Made by a program: the position numbers and the translations under genes
DNA from: Stegostoma tigrinum
Taxonomy: Eukaryota
Assembly (NCBI RefSeq): GCF_030684315.1
Contig: NC_081393.1
Coordinates: forward strand, 3,228,264 to 3,292,263
Length of the DNA: 64,000 nt
Reading direction: 5' to 3'
The notes under the pieces: generated by a model
What the model was told of the DNA's origin: nothing
What the model saw: only the letters and a program-made list of their open reading frames with translations
Database searches by the model: none
Part shown: piece by piece, positions 36,092 through 49,524 of the stretch
Position numbering within the stretch: the first letter of the stretch is position 1
Layout of the letters: each line of letters begins with the position of its first letter

Positions 36092-39000
36092 ACTGTTTGA
36101 ACAGCGACTTGCTTGGAGTTTCTTGCTTTATCTGGTTCAGTTGGGGAACTCAGTACCTGCCAGAGGAAATGTCCCAGCTGATTGCTTCCACTTCTGAAAA
36201 GAAAATGCTTTTGCTGAGTTCAACTTTTTTGTACCTTATTTGCTTTTCTGAGAGAGTGTTTGAAGTAATATCTTAAGATTGCATTTCCTGTTCAAACTGT
36301 GTCTGCAGAAGTTCCAGAAAGAACCATATATGATTAGTGACTTGACTACTTGTGCCAGAATATCAGGGTGACAACTTTGGTGCATCCAACACTTTATCCT
36401 TGTGCCTTATGGAATAACCCATTGGTTAGTGTTGTTTTCAAAAAGCAAATCTTTGCAGAGAAATCTTCTTTTCTCTTTTCCTTAACAATGCGTTTCTATT
36501 TGGGAGATATTTAAAACCAGCAATTTATGCTCAATTTTGACATGTCGATAGTCACAGTACAATTGTGGGTTCTGGCTACTTGTTGTACTGTCAAGTGAGT
36601 TCTGAAATGTTTCCAACTCTATCACCATTTGTTAAAGGGAGAAAACCTCATTACATAGCTGTACATGATCAAAGCCAGAAACAATTTATTAGTTTTACGG
36701 AAAAATGTATAATTCTATCTGAGAGACAAGGTTTTGTGGAGAGAAGGCCATTGTGCAATACTGAGAATAATATCAAGATTAAGATGAGATTAGTAATGGT
36801 GTGATGCCACTTTTTCACTGAGATGGTTGAATGTCTGTATATTTAGGAATGCATTGGTGGACGCCAAATGCAACCCAAATGTGACTAACCTCTTGGATTT
36901 CCCAGTTAGAGAATTGGATTTGTCTGTCTCTTGAGTCAAATGCTGAAAACTAAGATATCAAATTCAATAATTAAAAACATCCGCTTCAAATGACAGTGGT
37001 ACAAGGTCTAAATGTGATGATATAATGATCATTTGAATGCCATTTCTGATCTGATACACTTTGATTCATGGCATGACCATTGAATAGTTCATTATAGTCA
37101 TGGTGAACCGAACATTCTCATGAGATTTAGAACAAGGGACACATTTTTTAACTGGTGAAATGCAAATTTGTGACAGATTTCAGAAACTGATTAACACTTG
37201 AATGGACAGTTGAATTGGATAAAAAAGGCAAAATCCCTGAAGTGGCCAGCTTAATTTAGTGGTTATGCATCAGGGCCAGTAATAAGTCGGCAATTTGACA
37301 CTTGTTTCCAGCTGGTACCGGGGTAATTGACCAGGAAACCACCAGATCAATGAGAAATCCAAGTCATGAGTGTTATTTCAGGAAGGAAATTTGCCTCCTT
37401 GTCCAGTCTAGTGGACAGGTGCAACCAGAAACCATTGGATCAGACTGCCTGACTGCTCTTTAAAATGACCTAATGCACTGAAATACTACACTGGTGCTTC
37501 CCACCCTCCCTCTTCCTCTGACCACGGGATTCTGTGAGGAAGACGACTGGCAAGGTAAAGGTGTACAATGGAGCAGCCATTACGAGAGTGGGCCAGTGTT
37601 CAATTGGAAGTGCTGAGGCCTTTGCTCGAGAGATTTTGGCGCCAGGAAGGTGAGCAGGGTTACAGCCAAGAGCTGGCTAGAACTTTTTAACTCTGCTTTC
37701 TTTGTGTGTCGACTGATGGCAGTGGGGTTGGCAGATCAGGCCGCTGCATGCTCCTTTTGCAGAATATGGGAGATCAGGGAGACTTCCAGTTTCCCTGGTG
37801 GCTACACTTGTGAGAGGTGCACCCCTGGCTGCAGCTCCTGACGGACTGTGTTAGGGAACTGGAGCTGGAGCTGGATGTACTCAGGATCATTCAGGGTGCA
37901 GAGAACACCAGCGATAAAAGCTGCAGTGAAGTGGTCACACTTAAGGTGCAGGCTGCAGGTGACCACCAGAAGAGGTAATGGGGAAAGTCTGCTAGTGCAG
38001 GCTTCCTCTGTGGCCATTCCCCTCAATAACAGGTATAGTACTCCGGATATTGTTGGGAGGAATGACCTCTCGGGGGCTCGCAGCAGTAGTCAGGTCAGTG
38101 GCACTGTGACCAGCTCTGAGGCTTAGAGGGAAAGGATGCAGTCGGACAGAGCGAGACTAATAGGAGACTCAATTGTGAGGGGGACAGACACAAGATTCTG
38201 TGGCTGGAGAAGAGACACCAACATGGTGTGTTGCCTCCAGGGTGCCAAGGTCAAGGATGTGTGAACGATTACATCACATTCCAAAGGGGGAGGGTGAACA
38301 GCCAGAGGTCATTGTGCATATGGGTACATATGACATTGAGAGTTGAAGGGATGGGGTCCTGCAAAATGAGATAGGGAATGAGGTAAGAATTTAAAAAGCT
38401 GGACCTCAAGGGTAGTGATTTCCAGATTACTCCCAGTACCACATGCCAGTGAGGATAGAAATAGAAAGATAGGCCAGATGAATGTATGGCTGAGGAGCTG
38501 GTGTCGGAGGCAGAGTTTTTAGTTCTTAGATCATTGAGATCTTTTCTGGGAGAGTTGACCTGTACAAGAGGGATGGGTTGCACTTGAGCGGAGGGGGTCC
38601 AATATCCATTCGAGGGGATTTGCTTGTGTTGCCTGGGAGGGTTTTGACAAGTTTGGTTGGGGGTGGGACTCTGAGTAAGAGAGGGGGCATCAAGAAATCA
38701 GGGGAAAGTACATTAGCCATCGAGAGCAGGCTTACTATTCAGGATAGCCAGGGGTATAGGAAAGGGAGGGAAAAGACTTCTGGTTTAAAGTGCATTTATT
38801 TCAATGCATGGGGAAATAACTGGTAAGTTGGAGCATGGATTGGCTCTAAGGAATGGGAAATAATAGCCATCACAGAAACTTGGCTGAGAGAAGGGCAGGA
38901 TTGACAACTCAATGTTCCAGGATACAGAAGCTATCTGCAATCAATCTGTCGAGGGCCCTATTCAGGAGGGTGCAACACTGGGCCTCCTGATAGGAGATGA

Positions 39001-39177
39001 GGTCAGCAAGTGACTGAAGTGTCAGTCAGAGAGCACTTTGGGTCCAGTGACCATAACTCTCTTAGTTTTAACATAGTTATGGAAAAAGATAGGATATGTC
39101 CACGGGTTAAGGTGTTCCCTGGGAGCAAGGCCAATTTTGGGGCCATTTGGCAGGATCGAGCAGAGGTGGATTGGGTG

Positions 39178-39237
39178 AGATAACAACGTGTAGAGCTGGC
39201 TGAACACAGCAGGCCAAGCAGCATCAGAGGAGCAGGA
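39178..39237 (-). mobile_element. 60-bp PLE tail insertion in CR1
   Basis: Tail sequence flanked by ggattgggt(g/t)ag at 39168-39179 / 39235-39246. Confidence 0.8.
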
Positions 39238-41185
39238 TTGGGTTAGTCTGTTTGAAAGAAAAGGAATGACTGGCAAATGGGAGGTTTTCAAAAGTGAGAT
39301 TTCAAGAATCCTGGGAGTGTTAGTTTTAGGCATCCCTGGTTGAAGAGGAATATTGGGGCCCTGGTCAGAAAAAAGAAGAAGGCATACATTGAGTTTAAGC
39401 TATCGGGCTCAAATGAATCCTGAGATGATTATAAAAAGTGCAAGAGCATACTTAAGAGAGAAATCAGAAGACCAAAAAAGAGGGCATCAGATGGGGTTAA
39501 AGATAATCCCAAGAGGTTCTACAGTAATATTAGGAGTAAAAAGGTGCCTAGGGAGAAAATCAGCATGGACATCTTTGTGTGGATCCACAGGAGATGGGAA
39601 AGATTTTAAGTGAATATTTCTCTTCACCGTTTACTGAGGAGAGAATCCTGGATGCTAAGGAAGTAAGGGAAATATTTTGGACTGCATACACATTACCAGG
39701 AAAGAGGTATTTGCAGCCTTAACGTGCATTAAGGTGGATGATTCCCCTGATCCTGATCAAGTCCAACCTCGAACATTATGAGAAGCTAAGGAAGAAATTG
39801 CAGAGGCCTTTGCGTAGATTTTTGCTTCATCTTTAGCCACTGGTGAAGTTCTGAAAGACTGGAAGGTGGCTAAATGCTATTCCATTGTTTAAGAAAGGCA
39901 GAAAAGACAAGCCAGGGAACTACAGGCCAGTGAGCCTGACATCAGTGGTGGGTGAGTTATTGGAGAGGATATTGAGAGACAGGATTAACCAATATTTGGA
40001 TAGTCAAGGTTTGGCTAAGGATTGTCAGCATGGATTTGTGTGCGGGAAGTCTTGTCTGACAATCACTTAGACCTTTTTCAAAGAGGTAACCAAAAGGATG
40101 GATGGAGGTAGGGCAGTGGGTGTTGTCTGTATGAACTTTATTCAGGCCTTTGACAAGGTACCACATGACAGGCTAGTCGTGAAAGTTAGGTTCTATGAGA
40201 ATCAGAGAAAGCAAGCAAATTGGATGCAAAATTGGCTTGATGGTAGGAAGCAGAAGGTGATGGTTGAAGATTGCTTCTCAGATTGGAGGCCTGTGATTAG
40301 TGGTGTGCCACAGGGGTTGGTGCTGGGACCTTTGATATTTATTATTTACATAAATGATCTGGATATGAATGTACAAGGCACGATTAGTAAGTTTGAAAAT
40401 GGTACAAAATTAGGAGGTATCATTGATAATGAAGAAGGTTATCAAAAATTACAGAGCGACCTTGATGAGATGAGGAAGTGGGCTGAAGATCTGCAATTCA
40501 ATACAGATAAATGTGAGGTGTTGCACTTTGGAAAGTCAAACCAAGGTAGGGCTTATACAGTAAATGGTGAGGTACTGAGGGGTGTTGTGGAACAGAGGGA
40601 CCAAGGAGTACAAGTACATTGAAAGCGACGCCACATGTGGACAGGGTGGTAAAGAAGGCATTTGGCATGTTGGCCTTCATCGGTCAAGGCATTGAGTATC
40701 AGAGTTGGGAGGTTATGTTACAGTTGTATGACTGAGGCTGCATATTATGTATAGTTTTGGTCATCCTGTTATAGGAAAGACATAGTTAAACTGAAGGGTG
40801 TGCAAATAAATTTTACGAGGATGTCGCCAAGCCTAAGTTATCGGGAGAGATTTCACAGGATAGGATTTTATTCCTTGGAATGTAGGAGAATGAGGGGCAA
40901 CCTTATTGAAGTGTATAAAATCATGAGGGGCATAGACAGTATGAATACATATTGATTTTTTTTTTCCCAGGGAAGAGGAATTGAACACTAGAGGGAGTAG
41001 GTTTAAGGTGAGAGGGCAAAGATTTAAGAAGGACCTGAGGAGCAACTTCTTCACACTGAAAGAGGTATGAATATGGAATGGGCTGCCAGAGAAAGTGGTT
41101 GAGGCAGGTACAATAGCAACATTTAAAAAACATTTGGATAGGCACATAGATGAGAAGGGTTTAGAGGTATATGGACCAAATGCAT

Positions 41186-42526
41186 TTCTGAAGGGGATTT
41201 ATGAAGAGGAAATCATGCTTGACAAATATGTTGGAATTCTATGAAGATGCAACTAGTAGATTGATAAGGGGGAGCCAGTCAATAGAGTATATTTGGACTT
41301 TTAGAAAGTGTTTGACAAAGTCCCCCATAAGACATCATTGTGCAAGATTAAAGCACATGGGATGGGGCAAGTATATTGAGATAGATAGGAAACTGTTTGG
41401 CAGAGAAGAAACAAAGAGTATGAATTAATAGAGATAACAAGGTGTAAAGCTGGGTGAACACAGCAGGCATTTCTGAAGAAGGGTCTAGGTCCGAAACGTC
41501 AGCCTTCCTGCTCCTCTGATGCTGCTTGGCCTGCTGTGTTCATCCAGCTCCACACCCCATTATCTCTATGTACAAATTAATCAGTCCTTTTCAAATTGGC
41601 AGGCAGGAACTAGTGGGGTGCCACAGGGATTGGTGCTGGGACACCATGATTCACAATATATATTAATGATTTGGATGAGGGAACAAAATGTATCATCTCA
41701 AAGTTTGCAGATGACAACAAGTTGGGTGGGATGGTGAACTGTGACGAGGATGCAGAGATCCTTCGGCATGATCTTGACAGGTTGGGTGAGTGGGCAAATC
41801 AATGGCAGATTCAGTATAATTTGGATAAATGTGAAGTTATTCACTTCGGAAGCAAAAACAAGGCGGCAGATTACTACCTGAATGGCTGTAAATTGGGAGA
41901 GGGGAGTGTGCAGTGGGACCCGGGTGTCCTTGTACCAGTAGCTGAAGGTAAGCATGCAGGTGCAGCAGGCAGTGAAGAAGTCAAACAGTTTTGGTCTCTT
42001 TTTCTGAGGAAGGATGTTCTTGCTGCTGAGGGAATGCCGCGAAGGTTTACCGGGCTAATGCCAGGGATGGCAGGTTTGATATATGAGGGGAGATTGACTA
42101 GGTTGGGATTGTTTTTATGAGAGTTCAGAGGAATGAGGGTGGATCTGATACAGACTTCTGAAATTCTAACAGGACTGGACAGGGTAGATGCAGGGAGGAT
42201 GTTCCCGATGGTGGGTGTCCAGAACCAGGGTCACAGTCTGAGGATTCGGAGTAGACAATTTAGGACAACCCTATCACAGGAGACGTTTCTTCATCCAAAG
42301 AGTGGTGAACCGTGGAATTCATTCCCACAGGAAGTAGTTGATGCCAAAACATTGAATGTATTCAAGAGGTGACTAGATATCGCACTTGGAGTAAAAGGGA
42401 TCAAAGGTTATGGGGAGAAAACAGATTAGGCCACTGAGTTGGACAATTAGCCATGATCATGAAAAATGGCAGAGCAGGCAAGAGGGGCCGAATAGCCTCA
42501 TCCCGCTCCTATCTTCTGTGTTTCTA
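41186..42526 (+). mobile_element. 5'-truncated CR1 (RT + tail) nested in the 3' UTR of the larger CR1; itself interrupted by a fold-back PLE tail at 41431-41567
   Basis: KSCLTNMLEFYE, SKFADDNKLGG and W...YNLDKC. PLE hammerhead at 41473-41500. Confidence 0.9.
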
Positions 42527-42987
42527 TGTTTAATTGGAACCAGCTGAGTGTGCACCATAGTCAGCATGGACCATTTGGGCCAAAGGCCCTGTTTCCATGC
42601 TGCATTGCTCTATGCCTCTATAACACACCATTTAGCTTTATCAACAACTTTTCGGGGAAACTAGAAAAGAACATAGCTGCCCACTTCACTGGTAGCCCAC
42701 CTACCACCTTTAATATTCACTGGCTTTGGCATTCACGCACAGTGGCAGCATGTATACCACATCATGGGCTGCAACAACATATTTGGGAAGCTTCAATAGC
42801 ACCTTTGAAGCTTGCAACCTCTACCAGGGCTAATGAGAGAAATCCCATGTTTCAGTGCCTCTCCTTCCATGTTGTTTCTGGGCCCTTTATCTCATCTGCA
42901 TATATTTTTAATGCTTCCTCCTTAATCATGCATGCTGTTTTCTCCCCTTGAAGATTCACCTGTCAATCCAACATTCACTGAAATGGG

Positions 42988-43280
42988 GAGGCAGTGGACT
43001 ATTAATCCAGAGACCAAGGTAATATTTTGGAGACCTGGATTCAAATCTCGATCATGACAGATGATGCAATTTGAATTCACTAAAAATCTGGAGTTAAGAA
43101 TTGAATGATGATCATGAATCCATTGCCGATTATTGGAAAAACACATTTGGTTTGCTAATGTCCTAATGGGAAGGAAACTGCCATCCTTACGTGGCCTGGT
43201 CTACATGTAACTCTTGACCCACAGCAACATGGTTGGCTCTAATCTACTCTCTGGGATGGACAATTAATGCTGGCGTTGAA
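42988..43280 (+). mobile_element. tRNA-derived SINE with a LINE-like tail
   Basis: B-box-like ggattcaaatc. The body is similar in reverse complement to 58370-58650 and 33020-33190. Confidence 0.7.
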
Positions 43281-43294
43281 GTTGATATATGAAA

Positions 43295-44280
43295 CTAATC
43301 ACAACCCATTTGCTAGCATTTGGCCCATATCATTCTAAACCATTCCTATTCATGTACCCATCCAGATGCCTTTTAAATGTTACAATTGTAGCAGTCTCCA
43401 CCACTTCCTCTGGCAGCTTGCTTCAGACATGTACCACCCTCTGTGTAAAATTATCTCCCTTAGGTCCCTTTTAGCCTTTCTCCTCTCACCTTAAAACTAT
43501 GCCCTTTAACCTTGGCATCCTCCAACCCCAGGGAAAAGACCTTGTCCACTTACCCTATCCATGCCTCTCATGATTTTATAAACCTCTATGATGTCAGCCC
43601 TCAGCCTCTAACTCTCCAGGGAACATAACTCCAGCCTATTTAGCCTCTCACTTTTGCTCAAATCCTCCAAACCTGGCAATACCCCTGTGAATCTTTTCTG
43701 AACAATTCCAAGATTCACAACATCCTTTGTGTAGGATGGAGGCCAGAATTGCATGCAGTATTCCAAAAGTGGCTGAACCAATGTTCTGTACAGTCGCAAT
43801 ATAGCCTGCCAACTCTTATGCTAATACACTGATCAAGCATACTAAATGCCTTCTTCACTATCCTAACTACTTGCAACTCCACTTTCAAGGAACTATGAAC
43901 CCGAACTCCAAGGTTTCTCTGCTCGGCAACACTCCTCAGGACTTTATCATTAGGTGTAAAAGTCCTGCCCTGATTTGCCTTTCCAAAATGCAGCACCTCA
44001 CATTGATCTTAATTAAACTCCGTCTGCCACTTCTTGACCAATTGCTCCATCTGATCAAGTTCCCATTGTACTCTGAGGTAATGCTCTTCGTTGTCCACTG
44101 TCCATCTAATTTTGGTGTCATCTGCAAACTTACTGACCGTACCTTCTATGTTCACATCCAAATCATTTCCAAAAATGACGAAAAGCAGTGGACCCAGCAC
44201 CGAGCCTTGTGGCATACCACTGGTCACAGGTCTCTCATCTGAAAAGCAGCCCTCCATCCTCTATCTTCTACCATCAAGCC
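43295..44280 (-). mobile_element. CR1 LINE RT and 3' portion
   Basis: [29 protein letters not shown] and LVQPLLEYC.QFW. Confidence 0.92.
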
Positions 44281-46566
44281 ATGTGATAAGGATGTTTTCT
44301 CTTAAGGGATAATCTAGAACTCAGAGTCATAGTTTAAAAATAAGGCGTCACCCATTTAAGTCAGAGAGGGAATAATGTTTCCCTGAGATTGTTGTGAGTC
44401 TTTGGAATTTCCTTCCACAAAAGGCAGTGGATGCAGAGCCTTGAAATATTTTTAAGTCTGAGGTAGATAGGTACCTGATTGCTAAAGGGATGAAAAAATA
44501 TTGGGAATGTGCAAGAGTGCAGATTTGAAAGTAAAATCAATTCTATCACGACCTTAATGAGTGGCGCGGCAGGCCCAAAGGGCCAAGCGGCCTACTTCTG
44601 TTTCTTGTTCTTCTGTGTGTAATGTGAATCCCAATTCTTTAACAATGAACTGAATGAACAAAAATATGGCAGTATTTTTCAAAAGATTAATTATCCATGA
44701 AATTTTAATTATGTGCAAGAGGCTGCCGGCTGCAAATGTGTCAAACGTTTTCCTGCATGTATCTGGGTGTGCTGGTTTCCCTTCCATCTGTTTTAGTTTG
44801 GGAGAAATCCTGTTATCTCTTGGTGATAACGATTTCCATGATGTGCATTCAGCTGTTTACCGCATGCTGAGATTTTGAAAGACGGCAGAATAGGAGAAAT
44901 GCCATGACAGGAATATGGAATTGAATTGATATTGTGTCACACTGTCACTCAAAAGTGCTCTTTATTTTCTTTACAAACTGTTAGATTGGTTTTGTTTCCT
45001 TGATTTCCGTCAGTGATCCACCAAGAAAAACCCTCTGGGAGATCGGTTGTCAATACAGCGGCTGTGAAGGCCAGTGACAACAGTGCGCTGAAAAACTACT
45101 GAAGGAGGCAAGTGAAGGGTTCTCTGGTGCCCTGACAGTAATTTTCAAATCGTCTCTTGTCAACAGGTGAGGTACCAGAGAACTGGAAGTCTGCTGATGT
45201 TGTCCCATCATCAACAAAACGGAGAAAGAGATCCACTAGGAAATTAGAGGCCAATCAGCCTAACTTCTGTGGGAGGGAAATGGTGAGAATAAATTCTGAG
45301 GGACAGAATACATCTACAATTAGAAAGGCAGGGGTAGTCAGCACAGATTTTTGACAGGTAGAATCTGCAATAAATTTGACCGATTTTGAGTCTCTGTCCT
45401 CTTGTTCTGAATTTCCTGAATCCCCTGTTGGATATGATGGTCACCACCTTATTTTGTTGGCCCTTAGTTCTGGTCTCCCTGAATTGGTGTTTACATTAAC
45501 CAGCTATTTTGATGTGTTCTTCATATACACTAATGGGAATGTGGGCACCCTGGCTGGTCCAACAGTTCTTCCCCCTTCCTAGTTACCCTTGAAAAAGTGG
45601 CGGTGAACTGCCTTCTTTAATTTCTGCAATTCATGTGCTGTTAGAGAGGGAATTCCAGGATTATAAACCAGCAACAGCAAAAGAAATTCAATATATTTCC
45701 AAATCAGGATGTTGAGTAGCTTGGACAGGAACTTATGGGTGATGGTGTTCCTATGTATCTGCTGCCATTGTCTTTCAAGATCTAAATGGTCATGAGTTAG
45801 CAAAGTGCTGTCGAAGGAGCCTTGGTGAACTTCTGCAGTGCCTCTTAAAATTGGTACACAAACTTGCTACTGAACATCATTCATGAAAGGAACAGATGTT
45901 TGTGGATGTGGTGCCAGTCAAGTGGGCTACTTTGGTGTCAAGCTTCTTGAGTGTTGTTCAAACTGCATTCATCCTGGTGAGTGGAGAATATTCCGTCATA
46001 CTCCTGACTTGTGCGTTTAAGATGGTGGGCAGGCTTGGGCAGAATGAATCAGTGATTCACTGCAGTATTTCAAGCCTCTGACCTGCTGTTGTAGCAATTA
46101 TGTCTTTATGTTGAGCCCAGTTCAGTTTTGGACAATCGTAATGCCCAGGGTGTTGATGATGGGGGATCCTGTGATGCCATCACTATTGAATATCAAGGGG
46201 TGATCATTGGATTGTCTCTGATTGGATATGGCCATTTTGTGTGGTGCAAATGTTACTTGCCATTTGTCAGCCCAAGCCTGGATATTGTCCAAGACTTGCT
46301 GCATTTGGACATGGACTGCTTCAGTGTGTGAGGAGTCACGAATGATGCTGAACATTGTGCAATCATTGGCAAACATCCTCACTTCTGACCTTATGATAGA
46401 GGGAAGGTCATTGATAAATCAGCTGAAGATGATTTGGCCAAAGACACTATCCTGAGGAACTACGACAGAGATGCCCTGGAGCTGAGATGTGTCCTCCAAC
46501 AAGCAGAACATTCGTGCCAGGTATAACTTCAACCAGTGGAATGTTTTCCCTGATACCCAAGCTCAA

Positions 46567-48345
46567 GTCATAGAGTTATACAGCACAGAAACAAACCCTT
46601 CTGCCCAACTTGTCCATGCTGACCAGGTTTCCTAAACTGAACTGATCCCATTTGTCTGTGTTTGGCTCGTATCCCTCTAAACCTTTCCTATCCATGTACC
46701 TGTCCAAATGCCTTTCAACCACTAGTGTGCCACAAGGATTGGCACTTGGTCTACTGCTTTTCGTCATTTTTATAAAGGATTTGGCTGTGAACAGAGGAGG
46801 TTTGGTTAGTAAGTTTGCATATGACACCAAAATTGGCAGTTTAGTGTCAGCGAAGAACGTTACCACAGAGTACAACAGGACCTTGATCAGATGGGCCAAT
46901 GGGCCAAGGAGTGGCAAATAGAGTTTAATTTAATTAAATGTGAGATGCTGCATTTTGGAAAGGCAAACTAGGGCAAGACTTATACATTTAATGGTAAGGA
47001 CCTGGGGAGCGTTGCTGTACAAAGAGACCCTGGAGTGCAGGTTCAGAGTTCCTTGAAACTGGAGTTGCAGGTACAAGGATAGTGAAGAAGGCATTTGGTA
47101 TGCTTGCCTCGATTGGTCAGTGCATTGAAGAGAGGAGTTGGGAGGTCTGATGATGCTGTCACTTTAAAAAGGTTATTTTGTCCTGGATTTTTTGAAGAGA
47201 CCTTGTAAAGGCATAAGTGCTAAAGTGTCCAAGTTTGAGAGGCCTTTGGGATCTTCTTTCAAACCAGTCTAACAATGGTAGGGGAGTGGCCAGTTCTCCC
47301 ATTTCAGGCTTTCTCTAATTTTTTAGCTGAATCTGTCACAAGATGTCCAGAAGGGTTACAAGCTACAGCAAATAATTTTTGGCTGTGACTTTCTCTGAAA
47401 TTTCTCTTGTTGTTGTTCCCTCCTGGATTGGAATCATGCCAATAAGAATCTGTGTTTGAATGAACCTTTTTGCTAAGGGGTGAGTTTATGAACTGTTACT
47501 ATTTTAGAACAGATGATAAGTTAAGTTACTGTATTGAGAATTCAATTAAAATTTCCAATAGTTAAGTTATTCAAAATTCTGCTTTCTTTTGTTTGTCTTT
47601 TAACTATAGTGTTGAAATACGTTTTACTTAATGCCAAGTAGTTTGACCAGTTGCATCACACCAAGAACACCCTCTTCACATCTGCCTTTAAAATAAAAAA
47701 AAGTTAGGATCGAGGCTGCCTTCTTGAAATACTTTGAGGGATCTGGGCTGGTCCATAACAGAGGTTATGTTGCAGCTGTACAAGGCATTGGTTAGGTCAC
47801 TTTTGAAAAAACTGCATTCGCTTCTGGTCTCCCTCTGTAGGAAAGATGTTGTGAAACTTGGAAGGGTTCAGAAAAGATTTACAAAGATAGTGCTAGAGTT
47901 GGAAGGTTTGAGCAATAGGGGGAGACTGAAAAGGCTGAGGGCTATTTTCCCTGGAGCATGGGAGGCTGAGGGGTGACCTTTTCAAGGTTTATAAAATCAT
48001 GAGGGGCATGGGTAGGGTGAATAGCCAAGGTCTTTTCCAATGGCAGAGTCGAAAACTAGAGGACATAGGTTTAAGGTGAGAGGCGGAAGATCGAAAAGGG
48101 AAACTAAGGGCAACTTTTTCACGCAGAGGGTGCTGTGAGTATGAAACAAGCTGCCAGAGGAAGTGGTGGAGGCTTGTACATTTCAATATTTAAAAGGCAT
48201 CTGGATGGGTACATGAATAGGAATGATTTAAAGGAATATGGGCCAAATGCTGACAAATGGGACTAGATTTATTTAGGATAACTGGTTGGCTTGGACAAGC
48301 TGCACTGAAGTTCTCTGTCTGTGCTGTACGTCTCTGCAACTCTAA
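46567..48345 (+). mobile_element. CR1 RT/3' end (46716-48345) preceded by an inverted CR1 tail (46567-46715)
   Basis: SVPQGLALGLLLFVIFIKDL..SKFAYDTK. CR1 tails point outward at both ends. Confidence 0.85.
47148..47760 (+). mobile_element. Solo LTR inserted in CR1
   Basis: Termini TG(a)TGATG...CATAACA, AATAAA at about 47692, and a 6-bp duplication gaggtc / gaggtt. The CR1 sequence resumes after it. Confidence 0.7.
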
Positions 48346-49352
48346 ATGTTGTAATCAAATGCTTCCTTAATGGCAGGACAATTCTCTCATTTCACCTCTG
48401 GAATTCAGCACTTTTGCCCATGTTTTCAAACCAAGGCTGTAATGAAGTGTCATGCTCCTTTGAAGCACTTTGTGCCATTTTACATTTGAAAATGTAAGTT
48501 GTTGTTATTTTCTAATTGCCAATGTGGTCCCAAGTAATGCTTCTGGATTTATGCCCAATGATTTTCAAGTGACTCTACCAAAGCTTGCAGCCAACCCATT
48601 TTTCAGGACAATATTTAAATCCTGGTCTCGGAGGTGAATGTGTAATTGTCTCTGTTCTGCTGTGATACAACAGATCTGCCGTAAAGACTCTTTAGAGTTA
48701 AGCAGCAATTGCACAGATAAGGTTAACCAATTTCAATGTGATTTCTACTTCAACATCAGCAGTAATACAAATAAGCGTGCATGCAAAAAAAGTCTTAAAT
48801 TGATACATAACTCCCAAATAAAGTCCCATGTGTCATAAGGGATTGTGGTTGACACAGCAGATGGACATACTTGAAGACAAAGAATCTTCCAGGGGCTTGA
48901 ATGGAAGCAGCATAATTTTCGGTGAAGGTGACACACAGTCTTCAAGCTGAATCAGACAGGTGAGCTTATGTCAAACATTCACTGTTAAAGATCAGGCCCG
49001 GAATTCTTATTTCCTCTGTAACCCATGGAAGGAAGTTTTCAAACAGATCAGAGCACAATATTTGCATGTTTGGGCACTGTTTTTGGTAATTGGAGTCTAA
49101 CTCCCATGCTATGTCTTCACAGACTGGCACAAGTTATTTCTTGAAGGACTTAGCCAGTTTTCTTTTGAAATCAGTCATTGTCTCTAATTCCGTCACTTTC
49201 ATGGGCAGCACATTCCAGGTCATTACCAAACACCGTGTTAAATATAGTTCTTCTTCATATCCCTTTTACATCTCTTGCCATAAGCCTCAATCTCTGGCCT
49301 CTCACACTGTACTCACAAATGAAAACGAGCAGCTTGACAGGAATGCACACGT

Positions 49353-49524
49353 AATTAAAACCAAAAGAATTGTGGATACTGTAAATCCGGAACAAAAACA
49401 AAGTTGCTGACAGAGACAGAGTTAACGTGTGGGCCTGGTGACTCAAAACATTAACTGTGTTTTCTCCTTCACAGATGCTGCCAGACCTGCTGAGCTTTTC
49501 CAGCAACTTTGTTTTTGTTCCTGA
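49353..49524. mobile_element. Short fold-back PLE tail (third family)
   Basis: Inverted arms and a duplication gaatgcacac(g/a)t at 49341-49352 / 49523-49534. A related single arm lies at 50410-50547. Confidence 0.7.

Larger units (their letters stand above)
37560..42621 (+). mobile_element. Near full-length decayed CR1 LINE (ORF1 zinc finger/leucine zipper/esterase; ORF2 APE-RT) with nested insertions
   Basis: ORF1: CSFC..WEI..YTCERC, ELELELD, IGDSIVRG, VCCLQGAKVKDV, DGLHL. ORF2: LKCIYFNA, PGNYRPVSLTSVVG, QHGF, AFDKVPH, SGVPQG. The tail resumes at about 42527 after the nested CR1. Confidence 0.92.
45580..48450 (-). mobile_element. L2/CR1-like LINE fragment split by nested insertions at 46567-48345
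   Basis: RMFANDCTMF...QQVLDNIQAWADKWQVTFAPHK. The element appears to resume at about 48350. Confidence 0.75.

Noticed and set aside
8102-41737. Recurrent ORFs starting MLLGLLCSSS... as a small-protein family
   Set aside because: They are translations of the shared PLE tail and diverge as soon as the repeat ends.
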